Source of the DNA: Promethearchaeota archaeon
Lineage (GTDB): Archaea > Asgardarchaeota > Hermodarchaeia > Hermodarchaeales > Hermodarchaeaceae
Assembly (NCBI GenBank): GCA_048939245.1
Contig: JBHLPR010000053.1
Location: 1-15,461 of the forward strand
DNA length: 15,461 nt
Direction of reading: 5' to 3'
In this document: in pieces, positions 1 to 7,335 of the stretch
How the letters are laid out: every line of letters begins with the position of its first letter
How positions within the stretch are numbered: the first letter of the stretch is position 1
Position numbers and translations under genes: made by a program
Notes under the pieces: model-generated
The model's input: only the letters and a program-made list of their open reading frames with translations
What the model was told of the DNA's origin: nothing
The model's database searches: none

Positions 1-395
1 GTGTCTCGCCAAAGGATGGTGCCATCACAATCGACTAAGAAAAGATGAATCGTATCTTCAGTTGGGATATTCAAGGCTTTATCAAATTCGGCTTTATCGA
101 TGTAAAGAGTGATGGTTCTTGCCCGCATTTCTTTGGACTGAATTCCACTCCGCATCCCACTGTCAATCATCCACTGCGACAAGAAGTTATATTTGCGAAG
201 AGTGGGAAGTTCATAAAACTGCACAATGGGATGTTCTGCAATCAGTTTTTGCAGAAATGGAATCCAGGTCTCAATGGGGCGAACATGCCATCGCTGATAC
301 GCCACTACTAAGAAATTCAGTTTTCCTGCTAGAGTATCAGGGATAGTGTGTAACTTGCCGTTTAGATCTTTTCCAGAAACTTTTGGAAATTTCAT
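1..395 (-). CDS. ATP10-like / thioredoxin-fold hypothetical protein (3' end runs off window; absent from ORF track)
   Basis: Manual translation from ATG at 395 gives 131 uninterrupted codons: MKFPKVSGKDLNGKLHTIPDTLAGKLNFLVVAYQRWHVRPIETWIPFLQ...FYELPTL...MIDSGMRSGI...RTITLYIDK...LFLVDCDGTILWRD. The FP-x-V-x-G-x-x-L start and FLVD-x-x-G-x-I-x-W end resemble ATP10/redoxin-like proteins; there is no CxxC. Family recalled, not searched. Confidence 0.75.
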   Translation of the reverse strand, partial: MKFPKVSGKDLNGKLHTIPDTLAGKLNFLVVAYQRWHVRPIETWIPFLQKLIAEHPIVQFYELPTLRKYNFLSQWMIDSGMRSGIQSKEMRARTITLYIDKAEFDKALNIPTEDTIHLFLVDCDGTILWRD

Positions 396-438
396 CAATT
401 ACCACAACCTTCAGTCATTACAGGGGCTTCTTCGTGGA

Positions 439-453
439 GAAGTTAATAACTTC
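439..453. promoter_or_regulatory. Perfect 7-1-7 palindrome overlapping a TATA-like element upstream of the ATP10-like gene
   Basis: GAAGTTA-A-TAACTTC; the minus strand reads TTATTAA at 449-443, about 50 nt upstream of the ATG at 395. Confidence 0.35.
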
Positions 454-631
454 CGCTTTTGCGAACAGCCAATTCTGATATTAGCAAGTTTTTACCCATG
501 ATAATGTAAAACGGAAACAGCGTCTGAAGAAAAGTGTATCAATTCGAAAAAGCCTTCGAAATTATGTTTCCAACGCATGTGAGCGTGGTGAAATAGAACA
601 GGACCAATGTGGATAGGAAATTGATAATAGC

Positions 632-925
632 TTAGGGTAGATCTTTGACGATTTTTGCCATCTGTTCAGCTGAATAGGCTTTGAGTGTCTTTGTTCGCAC
701 ATTGCCTGCCATGCCTAAACCGAGTAGGAAGCGCATGACAACTTCATCATTTGGTGCATCAGCGATACCGACATAATCGTACTCACCAAGGGTGACGTAG
801 AATGCAATAAGTTTTCCACCAAGTTTCTCAAGGTATTTAATCCCGGATTCAATTCGCTTCGGAGCATCCTTGATACTCTTTACTCCTTGTTCGGTCAGCT
901 TCATGAGAGTGATATAAATTGGCAT
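632..925 (-). CDS. GYD domain-containing protein (dimeric alpha/beta barrel)
   Basis: 97 aa with the typical N-terminus YITLMKLTEQG, a TLGEYD motif and GNVRTKTLKA; SD GAGGTGA 7 nt upstream of ATG. Confidence 0.9.
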   Translation of the reverse strand: MPIYITLMKLTEQGVKSIKDAPKRIESGIKYLEKLGGKLIAFYVTLGEYDYVGIADAPNDEVVMRFLLGLGMAGNVRTKTLKAYSAEQMAKIVKDLP

Positions 926-974
926 TATCCCTTCACCTCAAGGAAATATTTCTATGTAACTTTCAAATAAGTCT

Positions 975-1955
975 TCAGCTTTTGAACGCTGTTTCCCAGA
1001 TCGTGATTATTTGATCTAAAGGTGTGCCACATACTTGGATTCGATCGTAATCAGATTCGCCAATCCTTCGTTGTGCCGCATTCGTGAGATAGGGTATATC
1101 AAAGGGGTCAATTCCTCCGATTTTTGTAGCTATAAGATCAAGAGCTAACGGGTCTTGGCTGGCAAGAATAGTATTGAGATTGATGGGGGGTTCGGCTTTG
1201 GTCTCTGTCATGTTGATGTCATTACTTACGACAAATGCATCGATAATATTGAGTCGAGGTTTTAACAGCATATGCAAATCGACTAGTCCCTGGCTGAGGT
1301 TTTTATGGATTCGCCGCTTCTCCCCGCGTGGTCTCCACCACTGATTATAAGAGGGATTGTAATATTTTCCATCAGGTTTCCAAAACTCGGGGGAACACTT
1401 CACAGCAATTTTAGCTGGTCGTGTCACCGAATATGAACCTTGGCCAGGTAGCGCCCCTAACATGTTCTTTACCGCCAAACTTACCCAATCTGGTCGACCT
1501 GGAACTTGTTTGTATAGTTTTAATTTTGGCACATTAATTATGGCATCGCATTCTAGCAAAATCTTGGGAACCTTTAGGGTTTTCACACACTGCCCATCCG
1601 GAACCGCTACTTTTAATGTTGGGCTCTTATTCAAGTCCACAAGCGTCACACCAAACTGTTTTGCCAACTCGGGGTATCCACCACTGCGAAAAGCCAGCTC
1701 TGTATCGATTCCACCGGATCCTTCAGCAATGATTAATTCTGTAGGGTAACAGCGTTGGCAGAGTCGGATAATAGCTTGCACAACGGGGTAATCCGTGGTG
1801 AAACCACTGAAAGGAGGAACTGCAAATACCAAGTTCGGTTTAATGACTACTTTATCTTGAGCATGAACAAACCGTTTCATGCCACCGAGGAGTTGAATCG
1901 CGTCTGCTACTGCTATTCCTACCTTATGATTTTTAGCAATAGAAACCAAAACCAT
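975..1955 (-). CDS. DUF362 family protein (no fused 4Fe-4S domain)
   Basis: Motifs VVIKPNLV, TTDYPVV, IAEGSG, VDLN, INVPKLK, LAVKNMLG, IIDA and ASQDPLALD; SD GAGGAGGTGG directly upstream. Confidence 0.87.
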   Translation of the reverse strand: MVLVSIAKNHKVGIAVADAIQLLGGMKRFVHAQDKVVIKPNLVFAVPPFSGFTTDYPVVQAIIRLCQRCYPTELIIAEGSGGIDTELAFRSGGYPELAKQFGVTLVDLNKSPTLKVAVPDGQCVKTLKVPKILLECDAIINVPKLKLYKQVPGRPDWVSLAVKNMLGALPGQGSYSVTRPAKIAVKCSPEFWKPDGKYYNPSYNQWWRPRGEKRRIHKNLSQGLVDLHMLLKPRLNIIDAFVVSNDINMTETKAEPPINLNTILASQDPLALDLIATKIGGIDPFDIPYLTNAAQRRIGESDYDRIQVCGTPLDQIITIWETAFKS

Positions 1956-2069
1956 TGTTCCACCTCCTCAATCGAATCAGTCAGCCTTATACTTAACTCC
2001 CAAAGTTCGCGAACCACAAGAGCTCTCACCACTTTAGTGTTATACAATATTATGAGAAAAGAATTCAAT

Positions 2070-2114
2070 GAGAAATAAAGAAAGAGAGGGCTTTTGGTTA
2101 ATACCAAGAGCCCT
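2070..2114 (-). terminator. Hairpin plus pyrimidine tract terminator after the secreted-protein gene
   Basis: 12-bp stem with 1 mismatch (2087-2098 AGGGCTTTTGGT / 2103-2114 ACCAAGAGCCCT) and a 4-nt loop, followed on the minus strand by CTCTTTCTTTATTTCTC. It begins about 25 nt after the stop. Confidence 0.55.
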
Positions 2115-2138
2115 GCTTGCTTCTACTTTCGTTGCTCA

Positions 2139-2714
2139 TCAGTTAAGTCGAAAAGTTCCCGGAGCGCCAAACGGAGCAATTATTGGTTCTTCAGGAGTCC
2201 CTAGATTTTGCCATTCAATAAGACCCATGATGTGGACACTTCGACCCGCCCACTTCGAGAACGGACCTGTGGCGTCGACAAATTCGACGTATCCATTCAT
2301 ATGATACCTACTACTCAGAAGATCGGTAAGCCCTTTGTCATATCCCCACATGAGTGTGTCTGTGATCTCAAAGTCTACTAAAAATCCGTTTTCAAAGGTG
2401 TAGTCGATGTCGCCGATAACCCAGATTTCTTCAAAGAAATGAATATGTCCTCCTAGATATGGCGGAGTCGCGAAAGCCTTTCCGGAACCAATGGCAAAGA
2501 AGCACATATCATACAATTCTTCTCCCCCGTCGCCATCAGCATCGATGGTGATATTTCCTACCCAATCAGGGATTCCATCCTGTGGTCCGGGCCAGCCTAG
2601 GTTATACTGCAAACACATTGTTCCTGCTAAGGGCTTTTTGGCCTGAATTGGAGTAATTACGACTAAGGCGAGGGAGATAGCTAGCGCTAGTGCTATTATA
2701 GTTGATTTTCTCAG
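2139..2714 (-). CDS. Secreted beta-rich hypothetical protein with DxDxDG loop (probable CTG start; ORF track start 2723)
   Basis: Signal peptide (M)RKSTIIALALAISLALVVITPIQA|KKP; DADGDGGEE loop; C-terminal ATGPFSKWAG...APGTFRLN; tandem TGA TGA stops. SD GGGAGGTGA at 2728-2720 lies 5 nt before CTG 2714. Confidence 0.8.
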   Translation of the reverse strand: MRKSTIIALALAISLALVVITPIQAKKPLAGTMCLQYNLGWPGPQDGIPDWVGNITIDADGDGGEELYDMCFFAIGSGKAFATPPYLGGHIHFFEEIWVIGDIDYTFENGFLVDFEITDTLMWGYDKGLTDLLSSRYHMNGYVEFVDATGPFSKWAGRSVHIMGLIEWQNLGTPEEPIIAPFGAPGTFRLN

Positions 2715-2772
2715 CGTTTTCACCTCCCGTGAAATGACTAGAAACCAATTTATGAAGAACTGTGTTCTACAG

Positions 2773-2982
2773 CCCTACAACACATCTCATTGCTGCACAG
2801 AACCGATGTGTTGTAATCACCTTTGCCATCCCGTAAGATAAGTAATGATGGGAGTCTACTCAATAGGAAACTAGCGAGGAAGCAGCGAAACGAAACAAGA
2901 AGTGTAAAACAGGTTGCAGAAAGTGACCACGAAATGGGAACTTTTTAATAAAACGTGATGATTAGCTGCACATGTTGTAGGG
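2773..2982. promoter_or_regulatory. Divergent promoter region with repeated GTTGYAR boxes and inverted repeats
   Basis: 11-bp perfect IR TACAACACATC (2776-2786) / GATGTGTTGTA (2805-2815); 10-bp IR CCCTACAACA (2773-2782) / TGTTGTAGGG (2973-2982); ACAGGTTGCAG (2909-2919) resembles ACATGTTGTAG (2970-2980); TATA-like TTTTAATA at 2943-2950. Confidence 0.45.
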
Positions 2983-3063
2983 AAAAAGGCCAGTTAATGT
3001 GTCTATGAGCCCGAAATAGGTCGTGAATGCACTCCTACATGAACGAAGTTCCTGGTGAATGGC

Positions 3064-4092
3064 TTGGATCCAATGGATTATGCGCTGATTCAGGAATTAG
3101 TAGCGAATGGCAGGGTATCCTACCAAGCATTAGCGAACAAATTCAACTTTGCACCAAATACAATTAAAAATCGGATTAAACGATTGCAAAAACAAAATGT
3201 GCTGGGTGGATATCTTGTAGTTTTGAAGATGGCGATGATAGGTGCTGAACATGTGGCAGGTTATGTCTTCACCGATGGATCCGAAAAGGTAATCGAATTC
3301 ATGGAACAGATTGCCAGCCATCCAGCGGTTGCAGAGATTTATCGTACTGGTGATATGCGATATGAATATTGGGCTATGGTGTCTGGAGCAAGTGAAACCC
3401 TAGGATTTGAGCGGTTTCTGCAAGATCTTAATGGAGTAAGGGAAGTAGAAGTGAGACCTGTTGAGTTTCTATTTCCCAATATGCCCGCACACTATTACAT
3501 GAATTCAAGTGGGAAGAAAGTTACCTTTAGCAACAGCCAGTTAAAGGTCCTCCGTTGTTTATTTGATGACGGAAGAATGCCTGTCTCACAGATTGCTAAA
3601 CGAACAGGTTTCACAACAAGGCGAGTACGTAAAATTCTCAGCGAACTTATCGAAAGCGATACGATCAACATCACTGCTGGCTTTAATATCTTCGCACTGG
3701 GAGACATGGAATATCGACTCAAGATTCGCTTTGACGAGTCACTAGCAACCGGGAAGGATATCATAAAGGGGATATACAAGAAGTATCCCAACGACTTTTG
3801 GTGGGCAAGTTTCACCACTAATGAGCCCATTGTTGATATCGGACTCATCATTGACCGTCCTGGAGCTGCAGTTCCCATTATCAATGAGGTGAAAGCAGCC
3901 TCCTATACCCGATCGGTTGAAGATTATGTTTCCTACCCGCGAGTCGTTTTTGGAAACTTTCCTTTACGATTTAATCTAGCTGAATTGTTAATCGACGCGG
4001 GTCTATTAGATTCAGATCATCTACTTTGGGGACCTAGGGGGGGTAAAAAGATTAGTTACTATGTAGAGAGAAGTAGTCAATTTAGAGTCTAA
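3064..4092 (+). CDS. Lrp/AsnC family transcriptional regulator with two tandem HTH + effector-domain units
   Basis: N-terminal HTH MDPMDYALIQELVANGRVSYQALA...IKNRIKRL and a second HTH QLKVLRCLFDDGRMPVSQIAKRTGFTTRRVRKILSEL. SD GGTGA (3054-3058) + 5 nt points to TTG 3064 rather than GTG 3055. Confidence 0.88.
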   Translation: MDPMDYALIQELVANGRVSYQALANKFNFAPNTIKNRIKRLQKQNVLGGYLVVLKMAMIGAEHVAGYVFTDGSEKVIEFMEQIASHPAVAEIYRTGDMRYEYWAMVSGASETLGFERFLQDLNGVREVEVRPVEFLFPNMPAHYYMNSSGKKVTFSNSQLKVLRCLFDDGRMPVSQIAKRTGFTTRRVRKILSELIESDTINITAGFNIFALGDMEYRLKIRFDESLATGKDIIKGIYKKYPNDFWWASFTTNEPIVDIGLIIDRPGAAVPIINEVKAASYTRSVEDYVSYPRVVFGNFPLRFNLAELLIDAGLLDSDHLLWGPRGGKKISYYVERSSQFRV

Positions 4093-4129
4093 CATTTTGA
4101 GAGATAGCAACATGCTCGGGTTTTTCACA

Positions 4130-4144
4130 CGTAAGGTTTATAGC
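4130..4144 (+). promoter_or_regulatory. Archaeal BRE/TATA promoter, probably giving a leaderless flavodoxin transcript
   Basis: CGTAAGG-TTTATAG; TTTATA at 4137-4142 ends 25 nt before ATG 4168, and there is no SD. Confidence 0.5.
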
Positions 4145-4167
4145 TAATCCTCTTTTGCTTAATCGTC

Positions 4168-4587
4168 ATGAAAGCTGTTGTCGTTTATGATACTAAATTT
4201 GGAAACACCAAACAAGTTGCGGAAGGCATTGCAGAGGTCCTCAATGCCGATATAATCAATGTTTCAGCCATCGATTCTTCAAAACTCAGGGAGTATGACG
4301 TATTCGCGTTTGGGTGTCCAGTTCATGCATGGAACATGTCAGCTGGAATGAAAAAAGCGTTGAAACTACTGGAAGGCGAATCCTTTGTGGGCAAAAAGGT
4401 AGGCACATTCGATACGAGAATTGCTTCGAGGTTTGCGGGAAACGCGGCAAAGAAGATTCAGAGTAAGTTGAAGAAACTTGGATTTGATATTGCCATGAAA
4501 CCAGTCCATTTCATTGTGACTGGTCGGGAAGGCCCCCTTGCCGAGGGGGAGATGGAGAAAGTCAAAGCGTTCACTGCCCTAAAATAG
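4168..4587 (+). CDS. Flavodoxin family protein
   Basis: 139 aa; FMN phosphate loop VVYDTKFGNTKQVAEGIA, FGCPVH, VGTFDTR and GPLAEGE. Confidence 0.9.
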   Translation: MKAVVVYDTKFGNTKQVAEGIAEVLNADIINVSAIDSSKLREYDVFAFGCPVHAWNMSAGMKKALKLLEGESFVGKKVGTFDTRIASRFAGNAAKKIQSKLKKLGFDIAMKPVHFIVTGREGPLAEGEMEKVKAFTALK

Positions 4588-4729
4588 TCTCAAATGTATT
4601 AGAAACGCATCTCAGCATCAGGTTTCGTTTAAAGAGATAAACTGGCACATAGGCTGAGTAGTTCCAATTTCTGCAATGTTAGGGATTCGATTCTACAAAT
4701 CTCGTTATTAAAAAGATGAAATTCGCGAG

Positions 4730-4900
4730 CTAATTTGATGGCAGCATCTTTGTTCCACACTTTGGACATTTCACTTCTAAACAGGGCTTACCCCGTATGT
4801 GGGGAACCTTGGTTCCACAATTGGGACAAACACATTCTTGTGGACCGCCTATACCTTGGCGTCTGCCACCTCTACCTCGACCGTACCCTCGGGCACTCAG
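4730..4900 (-). CDS. Small Gly/Arg-rich double zinc-ribbon protein (56 aa, probable CTG start; missed by ORF track)
   Basis: (M)SARGYGRGRGGRRQGIGGPQECVCPNCGTKVPHIRGKPCLEVKCPKCGTKMLPSN*; pattern CxCPxCG...H-x-RG-x-PC...CPKCG. SD GAGGTGA at 4912-4906 lies 5 nt before CTG 4900; an in-frame TAA at 4933-4931 excludes an upstream ATG. Confidence 0.85.
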   Translation of the reverse strand: MSARGYGRGRGGRRQGIGGPQECVCPNCGTKVPHIRGKPCLEVKCPKCGTKMLPSN

Positions 4901-5033
4901 AACTATCACCTCAAGATATAACAGAAGAAGTTAGATTAAATATGTTGTTTAGAGCACAAACCCATTATCCAAAAGGTAGTAATAATGTGCCTAAGTAAGA
5001 TGAGGGCTTTGCTTCATAGCTTCGCTCCAGAAT

Positions 5034-7040
5034 CTACTTGATATTATCCTTCGTTTTCGCCTCGTCTTTCGTTTTTCTTTTGTGGCGTCTTATTAAATAA
5101 CCCAGAACGATTACTTGGAGGCTAATAATGATTACTCCGATTGTTAACAAAATCCCGTACATTATTAACACTTGGTAGCCTGTTGGGGGACGTAAGGGCA
5201 CAGATATCCCGAAATGGTATTTATCGTAGCGATGGAGTAGAATATATTGATCAGGTACGTATTCAATCCACTGGAACGGACCAGTACCAACGAGTTCATC
5301 AGGAGTGCTAGGACTCCACTCGGCGAAGTTAGAATGGTGTTCCCAAACGTGCTTGGGGAGAATATAGGGGTATGTGGACCGAGTGAAATCAATGTACCCA
5401 GTGGAGTTGGAATACATTTCGATGGTATAATTGCCGGGCGTATCAATTCGGTAAATGTGCCTAATGGAATCACCTACACTGGGAGTATATTGCCAAAATG
5501 TATAATTCGACCAAACATTGGTGGGATTAGTAGACCAGATTGTACCTATACTAAAAGCAACGTCCTCGGCAGTGAAAGGCGTACCATCATGCCAGGTGAC
5601 GTTCTCATAAAGATGGAAAGTATATTTCATGCCATCTTGAATATCACCTGCAGCTATTGTGGGTTCCAAGGTCCAGTTATACGCCAGGTCAGGGACCTTA
5701 TCCCAGGTATAAGGATCGATCTGCCAAAGCCGACTATACAAGTTCATAAACACTTCTTCAGTAGTCCTAGACCTCCAAGCATAATCACTAACCTGAAGAA
5801 CATTCGTGGCACTAATATCCCCGGTTAACGCTTCACGATAGATTACCGGATAAGTGTAGCCAAAGGGCCCTCCGTGTTCAGGAGTAAGACGAAGCTTGCG
5901 ATGAGTCCACGGATTAATTCCCATACAATTTACGCCCTCCATGGGAACATATCCTTCCCACTTACTACCTTGATAGGTATTGAAATCTTGGTGTGTGTAA
6001 CAGCTAATCATCGGCATATCCTTAAGTAATAACTGTGAGCAATTCCATACCCAACCGCGGATTTCCTCCTCGGTTGAGGCATGAAGCATTCGGGTTACAT
6101 TGTAATCGAATTCACTACTATTATACCGATAGCTCCAAAGGTTAGTTTGTGATTGACTGTAGAAGTTATCATATAAGAAATCAGGTTCATCTGGAAGCGT
6201 AGAATACTTGCAAAGACAGGTACACCAAAAGTCCCCAGTCATTAATCCGTTGAGAAAATAAACCCAGCCAGCCTCAACCATAATTCCTCGAAGTCCTGCT
6301 TCTTCCATACAATACATGAGGATTAGTGGACTATCATATGAGGGGCCAATTGATAAGCCAAGCCAATAATCCGTGACTATTTCAATGGCTAGCGCTCTAT
6401 CATCGATATCAATACTTGGATCCCATAGGCTGTTATTATTAGAATCGTATTCCCGCCAGCCATCTCCATCAAGGTCACGGAACCCTGCTTCTTCAAGAGT
6501 TGCATTTGCCTTTGCGATATCTTTAGCGTAGTAATGTTCAGCGAATAATGATTCGCAACAATAGCGGAGATTTCCAATGGGAATTGCACCATCCATAGGC
6601 AAACCGTTACTAAGTGATGGCCAAGTAACCCAATGTTTGTCGAAGGCATAGGCCAGTGCACGACGATACGCACTGATGTTGGTGGGAAACCGCTTCGTGT
6701 TGAATACCAATTGATAGTAGGTAAGACTTGGAGCTTCAGTGACCTCAATTCCTGGATAAGTAAGTAATTCTGCCACCGAGTCATATGGTAGAATGCCATC
6801 ATATCCGTCTAGTTCTCCTTCAGTTAATGCGATGAGAGCAGGATAGGAATAGTCGGGTGAATATACTTCCCAGTGTAATTGGTCGATATATGATCCATGT
6901 GGGTCAAAGCCACTAGGATAGGACCAACTTCGTGAAAGATTGACAGATTGTCCGTTATAAAAACCGAGAGAATTGAGAAGCAGCACCAACCCTATAGCGA
7001 AAATCACTTCACGTTTACGACCACCCAAATAGGATATCAA
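5034..7040 (-). CDS. ABC transporter family-5 (peptide/nickel-type) solute-binding protein with N-terminal signal and C-terminal TM anchor
   Basis: Motifs FNTKRFP...YRRALAYAFDK, DLDGDGWRE, VPDLAYNW, YTFHL-x-x-x-VTWHDGTPFTAEDVAFS, YILPKHVW and LVGTGPF; many N-x-S/T sequons; C-terminal TM with basic tail. SD GGAGGGA precedes TTG 7040, so the ORF-track start at 7184 is probably too long. Confidence 0.88.
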   Translation of the reverse strand: MISYLGGRKREVIFAIGLVLLLNSLGFYNGQSVNLSRSWSYPSGFDPHGSYIDQLHWEVYSPDYSYPALIALTEGELDGYDGILPYDSVAELLTYPGIEVTEAPSLTYYQLVFNTKRFPTNISAYRRALAYAFDKHWVTWPSLSNGLPMDGAIPIGNLRYCCESLFAEHYYAKDIAKANATLEEAGFRDLDGDGWREYDSNNNSLWDPSIDIDDRALAIEIVTDYWLGLSIGPSYDSPLILMYCMEEAGLRGIMVEAGWVYFLNGLMTGDFWCTCLCKYSTLPDEPDFLYDNFYSQSQTNLWSYRYNSSEFDYNVTRMLHASTEEEIRGWVWNCSQLLLKDMPMISCYTHQDFNTYQGSKWEGYVPMEGVNCMGINPWTHRKLRLTPEHGGPFGYTYPVIYREALTGDISATNVLQVSDYAWRSRTTEEVFMNLYSRLWQIDPYTWDKVPDLAYNWTLEPTIAAGDIQDGMKYTFHLYENVTWHDGTPFTAEDVAFSIGTIWSTNPTNVWSNYTFWQYTPSVGDSIRHIYRIDTPGNYTIEMYSNSTGYIDFTRSTYPYILPKHVWEHHSNFAEWSPSTPDELVGTGPFQWIEYVPDQYILLHRYDKYHFGISVPLRPPTGYQVLIMYGILLTIGVIIISLQVIVLGYLIRRHKRKTKDEAKTKDNIK

Positions 7041-7085
7041 AGCATCCCTCCAACACCTATCCAATACTGCATTCCCGCCTTCATA

Positions 7086-7214
7086 CTTTTTAGCTCTTCC
7101 TTTACGGCGCTTCGACAAGTATGACAAGATTCCGACTAAATAGCTGCTGATGACGTCTCCAGTCAAGATGATTCCCAAGACCACAGCTACTAGCCTGAGT
7201 TGATGTGGTCGTAA
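7086..7214 (-). pseudogene. Possible remnant of the C-terminal anchor of a paralogous solute-binding protein
   Basis: In-frame LRPHQLRLVAVVLGIILTGDVISSYLVGILSYLSKRRKGRAKK aligns by eye with the intact protein's C-terminus LRPPTGYQVLIMYGILLTIGVIIISLQVIVLGYLIRRHKRKTK. It is preceded by TGA at 7217-7215. Confidence 0.4.
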
Positions 7215-7335
7215 TCAAAACGGAGGAAAAACGGTTTGAGGGAATTTGAGCATTCTTTATTACGGATTGTACATATACTCCAGACTAGTACCAAAATTAT
7301 ACAACAAAGTATGATAGGCTAGTGAGGTGATGGAG

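Noticed and set aside
45-346. Plus-strand ORFs 45-311 and 119-346
   Set aside because: They are antisense shadows of the minus-strand ATP10-like gene at 1-395.
4735-4998. 87-aa plus-strand ORF
   Set aside because: It has no motifs or SD and overlaps the convincing minus-strand zinc-ribbon gene.
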